This document shows positions 40,401 through 52,949 of a stretch of DNA of 64,000 nt, one piece after another. Position 1 is the first letter of the stretch, and each line of letters opens with the position of its first letter. Where the stretch lies: assembly GCA_965113315.1 (NCBI GenBank), contig OZ220367.1. One strand, written 5' to 3'. Source of the DNA: Podarcis vaucheri (lineage: Eukaryota). The notes below the pieces were generated by a model. The model was not told where the DNA came from. It made no database searches and worked only from the letters and a program-made list of their open reading frames with translations. Both the position numbers and the translations under genes were made by a program.

Positions 40401-43400
40401 TGGTCAAATTTCTTTTTTTTTTTAACCATGAACTGAACTGAACTGAACTATTATTGTTGTTGTTGTTATTGTTACTATTATTATTATTTTAAAAGTTGTT
40501 ATTTCTGTTCATGATAGTAGAAGAATTATTATGTTTAAAGTATCATTTATTGTTGCTGCCAGTTTTCATATATGCTTGTCTAGAGTTTGTTTGCTTTTTA
40601 TATGCCTTTTATTATATGCGTGTACACACCCCTCCCCATTCATTCATTTTTATTCTGACGATTTACACAGCTTTCTCTCCTCTAGGTTCCCTCCACACAT
40701 GGTCCCTCCACATCATAGTTTACATACGACTGGGATCCCTCATCCGGCCATAGTCACCCCAACAGTCAAACAGGAATCTTCCCAGAATGATGTCGGCTCA
40801 CTCCACAGCTCGTAAGTATTTTTTTTATATTCAAATCTACAAACTTTTATTTAATGTTGCTTATTGTGGAAGGTGTGGAATATTGGAAGCTGCCTTATGA
40901 CAAACAAAGTAAAGACCATTGGACCATGCAAGCTCAATATTCCACATATTGGCAATAGTTTTCCAGGGTTTCAGACAGGGAAGTATTGTGGATCAAGTGT
41001 ACTACCTTCTACAAGCAAAGCATACACCTCTATCACTAAACAACAGCCCTTTTCCTACGGGATGGGCGTGCTGGGATTTACAAGTACCTAGACTGTGATT
41101 ACAATCTCTTAACTTTCATTAGCCTTTGAGTTGTTCAGGGTGAATTGAGCCTGCCCACCCCAGACCTGAGAAAATCCCAAGTCCCCTTTCCTTCATTTGG
41201 AGAGTGCCTGTATAGATATATATGAAGTCTATGGTTTTTGAACAAGTCAAGATAGTGAACAAATGTGTGTATTTGAAGCACTCGGGAATTCCTTATCTTT
41301 TTATTTATGGGTTGCTAATAGCAAAGTATTTATGGGGTGCGGGTGGCGCAGTGGGTTAAACCATTGAGCCTCTTGGGCTTGCCTATTGAAAGCTCGGCAG
41401 TTCGAATCCCCATGGCGGGGTGAACTCCCGTTGTTCGGTCCCAACTCCTGCCAACCTAGCAGTTTGAAAGCATGCCAGTGCAAGTAGATAAATGGGTACC
41501 GTTCCAGCAGGAAGATAAACGGCATTTCCGCACGCTGCTCTGGTTCTGCCAGAAGCAGCTTAGTCATGCTGGCCACATGACCCAGAAAAACTGTCTGCGG
41601 AAGCGGACAAACGCCGGCTCCCTTGGCCTTTAAAGCGAGATGAGCACTGCAACCCCAGAGTCGTTTGCGACTGGACTTAATTGTCAGGGTCCCTTTACCT
41701 TTACCTAATAGCAAAGTATGCAGCTTCTGAAAAAACTTTTGCCAGGCAAGAAAATTAAGACCTGGGGTTTGAAGGCTGTCTACTGCCTTGGGGAGAGTGG
41801 TTATAACCCAGCAGAGTAACACCTACTTTATGCCCCAGGTCCACTCTCTGGCGTCTCCAGTAGCTGATTAGATTGGAGAAGACTTGTCTGCTGGAGACTT
41901 TGGAAAGCTGCTGCCAAAACTGGGCTAGTTAAACCAATGGTCAGGTTCACTATAAGTCAGCTTCTTCACATGTTCACTGTGTAAATTATTAGATGCCTGT
42001 GTTACTTGACGATCCACAGGCGAAGTTACAGGTGGGGAAGAGAAGAAAATTGTTGGAAGTGTTTATAAATATCCTGGGCAGCGGGGAGGATCCATTTACT
42101 GTGAGGGAAGTAAAATGGCTCCTTGCTACCTCTGCATCTTATGATAGTCCACCTCAAAGCTCATATTTGCTCCAGAGTCAGGTACTCGAAACTGATGGCT
42201 ATGTATGTTTTGGAGCACAGAACCCTATGTTTGCCCATGTAGATATGGCAAAAGGTTAAAAATCTGAGTGATGTGAAAAAAATACATGGAGTAGTGTACT
42301 GTAATCTCATGAAGCGATATTATCTATTGAAGTTTTAATAATGGATGTGCAGCAAGGGCAGCTCTCTCTCATACATGGCTGCTGGTATGATGCTTTACAG
42401 CTAGTTTCAGGTTTTTTGAGTTTTTCTTTGCTCCCCTCAATGTGGTTTTAATGATGGAGGCAAAGATTGGGATAAGTGCATAGAAGTATTGTGACAATGT
42501 TGTACAAGCTCCTTCTGTCTGTTCTTGTCAACCATCCAGAAAACATCAGGACTCCAAAAAAGAAGAGGAGAAAAAGAAGCCACACATAAAGAAACCTCTT
42601 AATGCATTTATGTTGTATATGAAGGAAATGAGAGCAAAAGTTGTAGCAGAATGCACATTGAAAGAGAGTGCAGCCATCAATCAAATCCTTGGTCGAAGGG
42701 TAGGTAACTAGTCAGGATATGTATATGCAAGTTTGCATGTGGGATAGAGAGTGTGATACTTGTCTGAAATGAAAGGGCACAATCCACAATGCTATTTTAA
42801 GTGTGATTGTGGCATTTGGCTGCCCGGTGGAACTTCCGAGCTTTCTGGTTGAATACTTGTTCTTTGAAACTTCCTTGCATTCTAGTTACACAGACAAGGA
42901 AATAAAGTTACATTTTCACCAAATGCATGTGCACCTGCACAGCATAATCATATGCTACTTACTTTTATCCAGCAGATGCATTTCTTTTGACCCCGCTTTG
43001 ATGTAGACCTTTCCTTTTCAACTCCATTCACCTCTCCATCAGTGCTTGGGCATCACCATACCTTGGTTGCTCTGCCCCTTAATTCTGAGACATGTCTTAG
43101 GAACCCCAGCATTCTTACTTCTCTCTGTAAGCGATCTCTAAACACACCACTGTAGCCTATTAGTGAAGAACTCTGTACTCAGAAGGCTGTAGAAGCTTTT
43201 ACTTGAAGCTTGATTCTCCATTCTCTGGATGTAGGAACCTTAAGTCTGGATGTTGTATGAACTGTAGGCCTCTGTTCACGAGTCCCATGTGAAGCTATAG
43301 TAATTTATGTAACTGGTAGCAGAAAAATAATAGTTAAAATAAACTTCTTACATATGGAAGGTGGAGTTGTATCTTAAAGCAGGCCGTCGCAACTTGTGGC

Positions 43401-46400
43401 AAAGCATAGTTCTGAAGACAGGTAGCAAATTCAATATTTATTGACTTCCCAGCAAGCTACAGATTGTAGGTTCTATTTTACTTGTTCTGTCACACATTGT
43501 GCAGGCCTGCCTTATAGGCATCAAAAATAGGTGTTTGATTAATGTATGTCATTATTATTATTTGGAGGAGGCTGGTTTACCAGAGTGACAAATTGTGACA
43601 AGTGGGGAAGGGAGAGGCAAATTTAAAGTGTGGTCTACTTTATGGGCATTTCTTGCATGTCTTGTTCAAATGAATGCTGGTTAAAGGGGAATAGCTGTTG
43701 GCGGCTGGTCCATCAGGGTGAGTGGGGCTCTGTCCCATCAAGACCTCACCTGCCTGCCTTCTTACTTACAACCATTCCTGGTATGGCACCGCCTGTCATT
43801 TTCCTCCTCCTTAGTCTCAGTGCTGCCCCTTCACAACACAGCAAAGAGGATGTTGGCGACAAAGCTGGAATTAGTTGATTCTGCCTGTCATTGGCTCCTG
43901 CTTCTACTACTGTTGGTCTTCCAATGGGCACCATCTACCACTGTACTTGAAGAATTACACTATTCCATTTTCAAAAGTGAAAGGCTCCATCGGTATAACC
44001 CAGCTTAAGCTAACCTGGATAAAACAGAGTTCTTAATAATAATAGTCTGCATCAGTTGATTTGCTTTAATTGGCTGCCATTTTCCAAAGTTTGAATGTGA
44101 ATGCACATTGTACACACACTGTATTACTGACATTCTGTTGTGCTTGTGGTTTTGTTTTCTTTCCCTCTGCAGTGGCATGCATTATCCAGAGAAGAACAAG
44201 CTAAATATTATGAACTAGCCAGAAAGGAACGACAGCTCCACATGCAGCTTTACCCCGGCTGGTCCGCACGGGATAACTATGTAGGTGGCTATGTAGGTGG
44301 AATTTTTTTCAGTAGTAGAGCTTGTAGACAAGTACTGCTGTAATCTGCTGAAGTACACCCACACACGGAAGACAAGCACTACCAATCCAGTAATTCTAGC
44401 GGATGTTTTGGTTTTGTCACCAACCCATTTGGATACAATTGGCACCCATTCAATTGAGGTGTGTCAGTAGAGCTCTGCGGGGGGGGGGGGAATCTGGCTG
44501 TGTGTCTTCCATCAGGGCACCAGCTTTTGTGCAGTTTACAAAAAAAATAAAATAAGAAAGAGCTCCCTCTCTATTATCACCCTCATATCCTACCCTTGCC
44601 CCCCAAATTAGTGCCTTGTTGCATACCTGTGTGAGAGTATAGTGGAAAGTGGAAGAATGACTTACCCTAGCTTCAGAGAAGGACTGGCAAAGACTTGTTG
44701 GAGGTCTTGCTCTCAAGTGGGGCTAAATAAATTATTCCACCCTCTACTTTTTTATATTATTGTACTGTTGTCTGTCATGGTCACAATTTTTTCATAAATG
44801 CTTTCAATTCATGATGTCTTTACCAAACATCTTGGTGCTAGCTATTGGTGAACTATTCCTGTGCAATTCTCATTTGCCACACTTTCTTCCATTGAGTTAT
44901 TCTAACTGTGGCTGCTTGGTTTCAGAGATCAGTGTCTCGATTTAACAAGAGAGAGATGTGCATGGAAGCTGCCTTTTGCATGCATGACAAACCCTGCCTT
45001 TGTGCTGGCAATGCAGATGCATTGTGAATGAGCATTGGACACTAAAATGTTCATTCAAACCCTGATGAAGTGGCTGGCTTCATCTTTAGATGTGAAGGGG
45101 ATGCAAACCTGCATAAATCTACCAATTAATACGCATGACTGTTTGGTCACAGCTATGGCTGAATTGCAACCAAAATCCCATAGGCAGGAAATAAGCACAG
45201 CATGTACATTCAGAAGGAAGTAATAGCTCACTGATAAGTATTTCCAAGTTTGTACCTAATAGAAATTGGTAAATTCTCTAAAGCTTCCCAGACATAATTA
45301 ATTAAGCACTGAAAGGCACCAATCATGTAAGGGAAAATTTAAATAGAGGCCAGATGTCAACAGTATCAAGACATTATTGCAAGATCACAAGTGGAAGGTA
45401 ATCAATTTATTTCATTTAAAAACATTGCTCCTCTGCTTTTGCCACAGATACTTTTGAGCTGTTTCGCAGAATTAGAATAATATACAAGATGACATAACAG
45501 CTGAAATACACCCACACAGCCCCAACATACCAAACAGATGTTTAAACCAAGTCTTGCAAGCACTATGGAAAAGTTAATATAAGTAGGCTTTGACTTAGCA
45601 GCTGGTTCTACAAAGGCCTATAATTGAGAAGGGTGTGCTTTATATCTGGTAGGATGACCAGATCCTGTAGCTTTATATTGGAGAGGTTTCACCTTAACAT
45701 GAGAAGGAACATGAAATTCCTTCTTCATACAGGTATAATAGGTACAGGATCCCTGACCTCCTTTGTCTCTGGTCATTGTATTGTTCCTGCCAATCTTACC
45801 TCTCTTATTGCAGACACTCTGATATGCATTATACTTATACAGTTTTGTTGAATCTGCTCTCTTGATTATTTCTTTAGACTGCAGTCCTGTGCACACTTTC
45901 CTTGGAGTAAGCTCCATAGAACTCAGTGAGTCTTAGATCTAAGTGTGCATAGGACTAAGTGTGTGCGTGCGTTAGTTTTGTTTTGTTTTGCAAAGGCAGG
46001 AATTTGTTCTTCTGTAAATTAGGTAACCTATGTTCTTATGCAGCTGCACATATTTGCATGCATAAGCCTATAGCCCTATATGGAGAGGAGAGGCACATTA
46101 ATATGCTACCAAGCAACATTTTATTAATTCCATTTATTGAGAGAAAACAAAGACAGCATCTTAGTTTAGTATTTTGGCTCCTAAAGATGAAGTGTTGTTT
46201 AAAACTTATAATCAACATCTGTGGTATCAAAATCTTCACATTATCCTTCCCTAGTTCTTATTTCCTCACATGCATAAGAGAGCATCTGTATACCCTCTTT
46301 TGAGGTGATTTCCCTTACAACCCAGGAGCTGTCTGTGACCATTTTTGCCACCACCAAATTCATAGCCCACATTTTGTGCCATGAACGGAGTGGAATGGAA

Positions 46401-49400
46401 GCTGTCAGACCACAGGGCCGATTCATTCCTGGTACTCTGCAGTCTGATTCCTCTTGGGAGTTCCTGGGGGAGTAGCGCTGGGATGTGCCGTAATGCTTGA
46501 AAGATTTCCAGGAAACATTTCCTCTGCTTTAGTGACTGTGTCACTGACAGATGGGCATGTACTGTGTCTTAAATGTTTAGGACCTTTACATTTGTCCTCA
46601 GCGTGTGAGCACTGAAAATCCCTTTCTTCTCAAGCTAAAAAGGACAGGATAAGAAAGCTGATACGTCCCCAGCAGCTTGAGGCTCTATCCCCACCTGACC
46701 TTCAGGGGGAACCTTACTACAGTAGGAGAACTCAATAGCTTTGGATCACACAAGCACATGATCTACAAGGGTTTTACTTTTTTCTGCATAACACTCAGAA
46801 TTCTTGGAGTCTATCCTCTTCCACGTTCTTTCTTTGGACAACAGTCTTTCTACGGATATAGAAAGGAAATGGGGACTGCACTGTATGTAGTGACTAGATG
46901 ACCCTCTGTGTCCTTTTCATCTTGTATTTATGTCTTACACACACACATGATAGTGTCTGCCATACCTAATGAAGTTTTGGAGGCCTCTGTGCACATATCT
47001 TAATTTTTTCACAACTTGAAGCAAAATTAAATATCAGAAACTAAGTCCTTGGTTCCAACTGTGTAGTCAAAATTTAAGTATTACATTTAGGATTCATATT
47101 TATATTTTTATTTAAGCAGCATGTCAACCAGGATAAGAATTTTGTATACTTGAACAATATTTTTTAAAAACCTGAAGAAAGATTAAAAGTTGTTATACAA
47201 AAACATGAATTTTCGTTTTAAAAATAATCTCAGAAGTTCAATTTCAGTCCCAGAATGGATGGATTCAGTTTACAATAACCTTGCTATTCAGTCTCCATGG
47301 GACTACAAAATTTTATTTTGATGAGCAAAACACAAATGTACAGTACTAATAAACTGACAGCAGGCTCACACGTGACAATGCCCCTACCCCAAGATCACTT
47401 AGATCACACAAGGTCTCACCACCAGCTCACATCTAATCTATGCTTATATAAATTCTCTTGTTTGTGGGAGCTGGCGCATCTCTGCAGGATGCATATATAT
47501 CAGAGGTCTAAGGTTTTTGAGCTTGTACCACTATGGAAATTGTAGAGGTTTCATGTGCCACATCCACATAGAAGCATCAGTTCACTGTGACATGACATGA
47601 AGATGGCCCAGCTATAGTTACTTGTAATTTTAAATTAAAAGTTATAAGGTTAAATAAATAAATAAATCAGTAAAACAACAGAGTAGAAAGATTAGCCACT
47701 CTGAGCCCAGCTTCGGCTGGGGAGGGCGGGATATAATTGAAATTTTATTATTATTATTATTACTAAAGCTACTTACAAAAATCACAAAAATACCTAGAGA
47801 GCTATGGGTTCAGAGTGGAGAGCTCACTAAAAGTACCTGTTTCATCAGTGAAAAATAAAAATTCAGTGTTAGGAAATACTAAAGAAGGACTGAAATTATC
47901 AAATAAAAGTATGATCACTCTGAATACTATGTACATTTCTGGTCCTCTCTCTCAAAGAGTATGCCAGTTTGCTGAAAGAGCAACACTCTTTGGGGATTAT
48001 TAGTTTGGAAAATATAAAACTAAGGAGGATATAATAAGGATTTATAAAACCATGCATTTTTATCAAGTGAATGATGTGGGAGAAGAATAGAGCAGTGTAA
48101 CCTTAGCAGTGTAAGGTTTAGAAGTCAAAAAGGAAGCACTTAAACATGCAATGCCTTATTAACATTTATTATGGCGAGCTATAATGTCTCTTAGCTTAGA
48201 TTGCTTTTAATTAATCAATAGTTAGTCAATGGCTATTAACCATGTCACAGCATCTCCATCTTCAGAGGGTCTAGGTCTCTGGTGACCAAACTCTGGGGAC
48301 TAGCAGTGGAACAGAGTTTCTTGGTTTTAAGCCATCTAGAAGCATCCAACTGTCTGTTATTGGGGAATTCATATTAAGCGTAGGTAAATATTGGGCTGAT
48401 GCAGTAAGACAATGCTTTTGAAGAATGTAAAATGTAGCAATTTTGAGAGACAGCTACATTTTTTCCCATTCATTTTCAAGATACCATATAACATGATATC
48501 GTATGTTCCCATGCTGAATGGACCTGTCTGTGTAACATTTACTAATATTAGGTTATGTGTTTTTATATTATAAAACTCCCTGTGCTGCTCGAGTGAGGGG
48601 CAATGCATAAATTTAATTATTCTTAACACCAGGGATGAAGAACCTGTGGCCCACCACATGCTGCTGGACTGCAGCACCCATCATACCTGACTATGAGCCA
48701 ATATAGGCTTGGGTTGACAATATGTAGAGAGCCACACATTCCCTATCCTTGCCTTAGGCACTGGAAATGTCTATATGGTGGCTCAGTAAACAAAAAGAGG
48801 TTTGCCAGTCCACCTAGTTATAGCTGTTAGACATCATGTGTAGGAGCTTGTGAACGTTGCATATACTTCAGTGAAAAGTACGCATCTCTTCCAGAATGCC
48901 GGGATTCTAATAGAAACAAAACATCTTTATACTGTTTCTCTTCCCACAACAATGCCACTTATTTAATATTATGTACTGGGTTCAGAAACTTGTTTTTGAG
49001 GAAATATGGAAGGGCCTTCACCAAGTTCATCTATATTAACACAGATTTTCTAGCTTGGTTTGAAAAGTCAACCAAACTATCTGAAGTGAAAAGATGCACT
49101 TGTCGGGTATTTTTGATGGATTACTTTCGAAGGGGAGAATAGTTTTTCTAAAATACTTATTACAGTGTCAGATTAAATGATAGGAATTTACTTTTCAACA
49201 AGCTATCTTGTTATCTGATGGTAAAGGAAGTTGGTCAGGTAGAAACTTATAATTGCTTGACTTTTATGTGGGGAGGGGGAATTGAATTTCCCACCTCTTC
49301 CTCTAGAAGGATTAATTCAGTTCTACCTGTTTTGCTCCAGTCCTTTTCATGCAAAATAATAAACTCTCCATGAAAGATGTTTACTAGTTCACTATCCTTG

Positions 49401-52400
49401 TCACTTTTGTTGGTAAAATAAAATCTATATATTTTATACCATAAATTTAAAACTGTTTCAATAATATTGCATAAAATTTTTTGATCCTTAGTTATGCAGT
49501 ACACCATTGAAATGTCTGAGCTGTTTTGGTCCCCTCTGTGGAATTATTTATGGAAAGGCCATGAAACATTAATCTTTGTGGATTTTGAGTATGGTAGTAC
49601 TATATAGCTGAGATACTAGTTCCATTCTGCAAACCTCCTTATATGTGGTAGAGATTAAGTTGAGGCTTAAGTTGGGTAATTACACCGTTTCTGTAGTAGT
49701 GCCACAAAATTCCCGGCAGGTGCATTAAATCTGAACAAAACAAGCAAGCACAGACACAGCCTTCCATCAGCAAAAGTTCACCTGAACAAGACTTTATTTG
49801 TCACATCCAAATCGGCAGGGTAGCAGTTTACAACCAGAATGAGCAAGGAGGAACAAGTTCAAAGACCTTATGCCTGGAGACCTGCATGAGCTACATTTTC
49901 AAAAGGAACGTTCACATCTCCTCTTCTTACTGGTACATTCCAGGGAACATAAACATCATAGTGGACATGCTGAGTTGAAACCCAAAATGAATCGCTGAAG
50001 TGGGAACTAGACCAAGCTATTGAAGAGAAGACATCACAGATGTAGGAAAGCCTCTCGCCCACCTACCTTAGGGTTGTAGCCAAATCTTCACTAAGCCCAA
50101 AGCTTTCTCGTTCCGAGAGCATGCTTTCAGTTTACCCGCTGGTGAACAGAGATCTAGTCTCTGTTACTCCCTTGTGAATTTCCATTAATATCTCCTTATT
50201 AGAAGCAGAACAAGTAACCACCAGGCTAACCACACTACGCAGAGCCAATAAAGCAATGTGAGACTGAGCAGCCTTTTAATGGTTGCTCAGCATTGCCAGT
50301 TCTGTTGTAGGGAAAGCAAATTTACTGAACATAGACACGAGCCCTATTCAGGCCTTACACTAATGAGGGATGTGAGAGGGCAGATGGGTGTGAGCATGCT
50401 AGCTTTACTTCACATACACCCACAAGGTTGCTCTCTGTGACTAATTGCAGCAGGGAGCTGGCTTCTGCTTGTGATAAAAGTGAGCTCTGCATCATGGAGG
50501 AATCCTAGCCAAGTGGGAAAAACCTCCCTGCAGACCGTTGCAGCTCAGCTTGTGAGGGGCAATGGCAACAGTGATGGAGGTCGAGCCTAGCATGTTCACC
50601 CCCATCTTCCTTCTCAGGTGTTTTATTTCCTTACTGGTATAATACCTGATTAGGACTGCTGTTCTTTTCATTTCTTGGCGTATTAAAAATAAGAATGATG
50701 CTTCCTTAAGGTTCGTGGGGAAGTTGAGCCTTATTTCTAATGCTTATGTCTTTGTTTGTTTGTTTGTTTGGTCAAATTTATATACCCCCCTTCATCATCA
50801 GATCTCAGGGTGGTTTACAAAATAAAATACAAGATAAAAACACAAGTAAATAATGAGAACAAAACTGTTGACAGGAAAAGGTTTCCTGCTGAATGCAAGT
50901 TTGCAATCCATTTTTAACTTTATTTGTTTGTGAGATTTTGTCAGACATTGTAGAGCATATTTTGGGAACAATATTTTCCCACCCATCCCCAGTCCCATTT
51001 GTTCTGACTGGATGAAGAGCAAAAATATGTAATGGTAATTTATGTAACACAAACAGAGTCTTGATTGCTGGCCAGCTTTGGATTCTTTATGGGAAGTGTT
51101 GACATTAAATGCTCTGACACGATTTTATCCAATAGTAGTCTATATCAGTAGTCTTCAGCGCTTCAGATCCAAGCCCCACCTTTAACCCAAACACGCATTT
51201 GGCAACTGATTTATTTTATCATACATTTATGTGCTGCTCTTTGTACACGGTGTAAGTTATACTCTTAGGGGTTCTGAAGTGTTGCTATGACTAGAATGAA
51301 ATGTTAAGTAGAAAGTGGGCAATTTGAGCTGCTGAAAAGCGTTGTGTTGCCACACACATTGAAATGTTTTCAAATATGTACAATTCTAGCAAGCTTTGCA
51401 GAACATTCCTTTCTCTTGCCTCTTTTTGAAAGTAGGTTCTGTAACAACCCTTTCATGTATTTGTGTTTCATTCAGGGCAAAAAGAAGAAAAGGAAAAGGG
51501 ACAAACAGCCAGGAGAGACCAATGGTAAGTAAAATGGAATGTTTTACGTATTCCTTAGTGGAACAATGAAGGCCATAAGTTACTAATACTGTGCATAAGA
51601 AGAAAGTTTGAAATCTCCCAACCTTCTTGCCACAGGGCCATTACTACATCCAGCTTTTTCCTGTTGGATTTTAAGTACAGTTAAATTCTTATTGCTCGCC
51701 TTTTAAAACTAGTAGCCACGTAAATGCATGAATAGCATATTATAATGGTAGTTATGTTTGTCCTTAATAACTGCAGAGCTACTCACTGTAGAGCCATAGT
51801 TTGTTAATGCCTGTGCCATTATTACCAAAGGTGTGTGTGAGAGAGAGTTTGGTATTAATCTGGGCTGTTTCTGTGTGAACTGATGCATGCCTTTACAGTG
51901 GTAAATTGCAGCCATTTTTTTTAAATTAAGGAGGTTTGCCATTCTTTCTAGAAAATTAGAAATACTGCATAGGCAATCTCATAGTCAATTTTGAAAAAGC
52001 CCTGATTAATTTTTTTCTTTGAAGCCTTTGTATAATTTGTTCTTTTTTTTCAGAACACAGCGAATGTTTCCTAAATCCTTGCCTTTCACTTCCTCCGATT
52101 ACAGGTGCTAATGTCATTTTCAGCCATTTAAAATAGTTTGTAAATTGCTCTTTTTTTATCCTGCCATTTTAGATTTTATTAACATTTAAACACTGACATT
52201 AAAAATAAATTTATCATTCACACGTTTGTAGCGTATATATATGTGCTATGGTTAGTTTTTTTCTTTGTTTCTGATTTGTTATTCATTACAGTTGCTATTA
52301 AACAGTAATACAGTAAAAATAACTCATTTGTACTAACTGTGCAAATTGAATATGCAGTATTTCTTTAAAGAGACTGATATAAAAAGCTTAATAATGAACC

Positions 52401-52916
52401 TCCTTAATCTAATGGCATTTTATGCGGCACCCACTAAGTCTTCTCATGCCTGCATGCAATATATATATCTGTATAGAGATATATATATAGACATATGCCT
52501 TTCTACTCAAACATATCCATTGCTATTCACCTGCTTTACCTGCATACCACTTGCTTCCATGCTTCTGATCATTTTATTTCTGGCTGAAACTAACATATCC
52601 ATTTTGCTATCTGCTTATTCTGAGCCATTTCTTTTTTTCTTTTTTAAATTATTTTTTAAAAAATACAAATTGAATGTTTATTCCCAAAGCTGCATTATCC
52701 CCCCCCCAAGAAGAAAGCATGTTAGCTATTTCTATACTAAGTTCCTTGTCTTCCCCCCTACATACCTTTTTCCCTTATAAAAAGAAGTATTTCTATGTCA
52801 AAAGAGAAGTCCACCAATTAGTGTTCTTCACAAACCCGCTGCATTTATTGGGGCTTGTGCAGAAACAGTAGATGGGTTGTGCCTCCAATGCCTCTTGAAT
52901 CAATTGCAATTCTTCC

Positions 52917-52949
<33 letters not shown>

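Noticed and set aside
41301-41822. 173-aa minus-strand ORF
   Set aside because: Antisense reading through the Sauria SINE.
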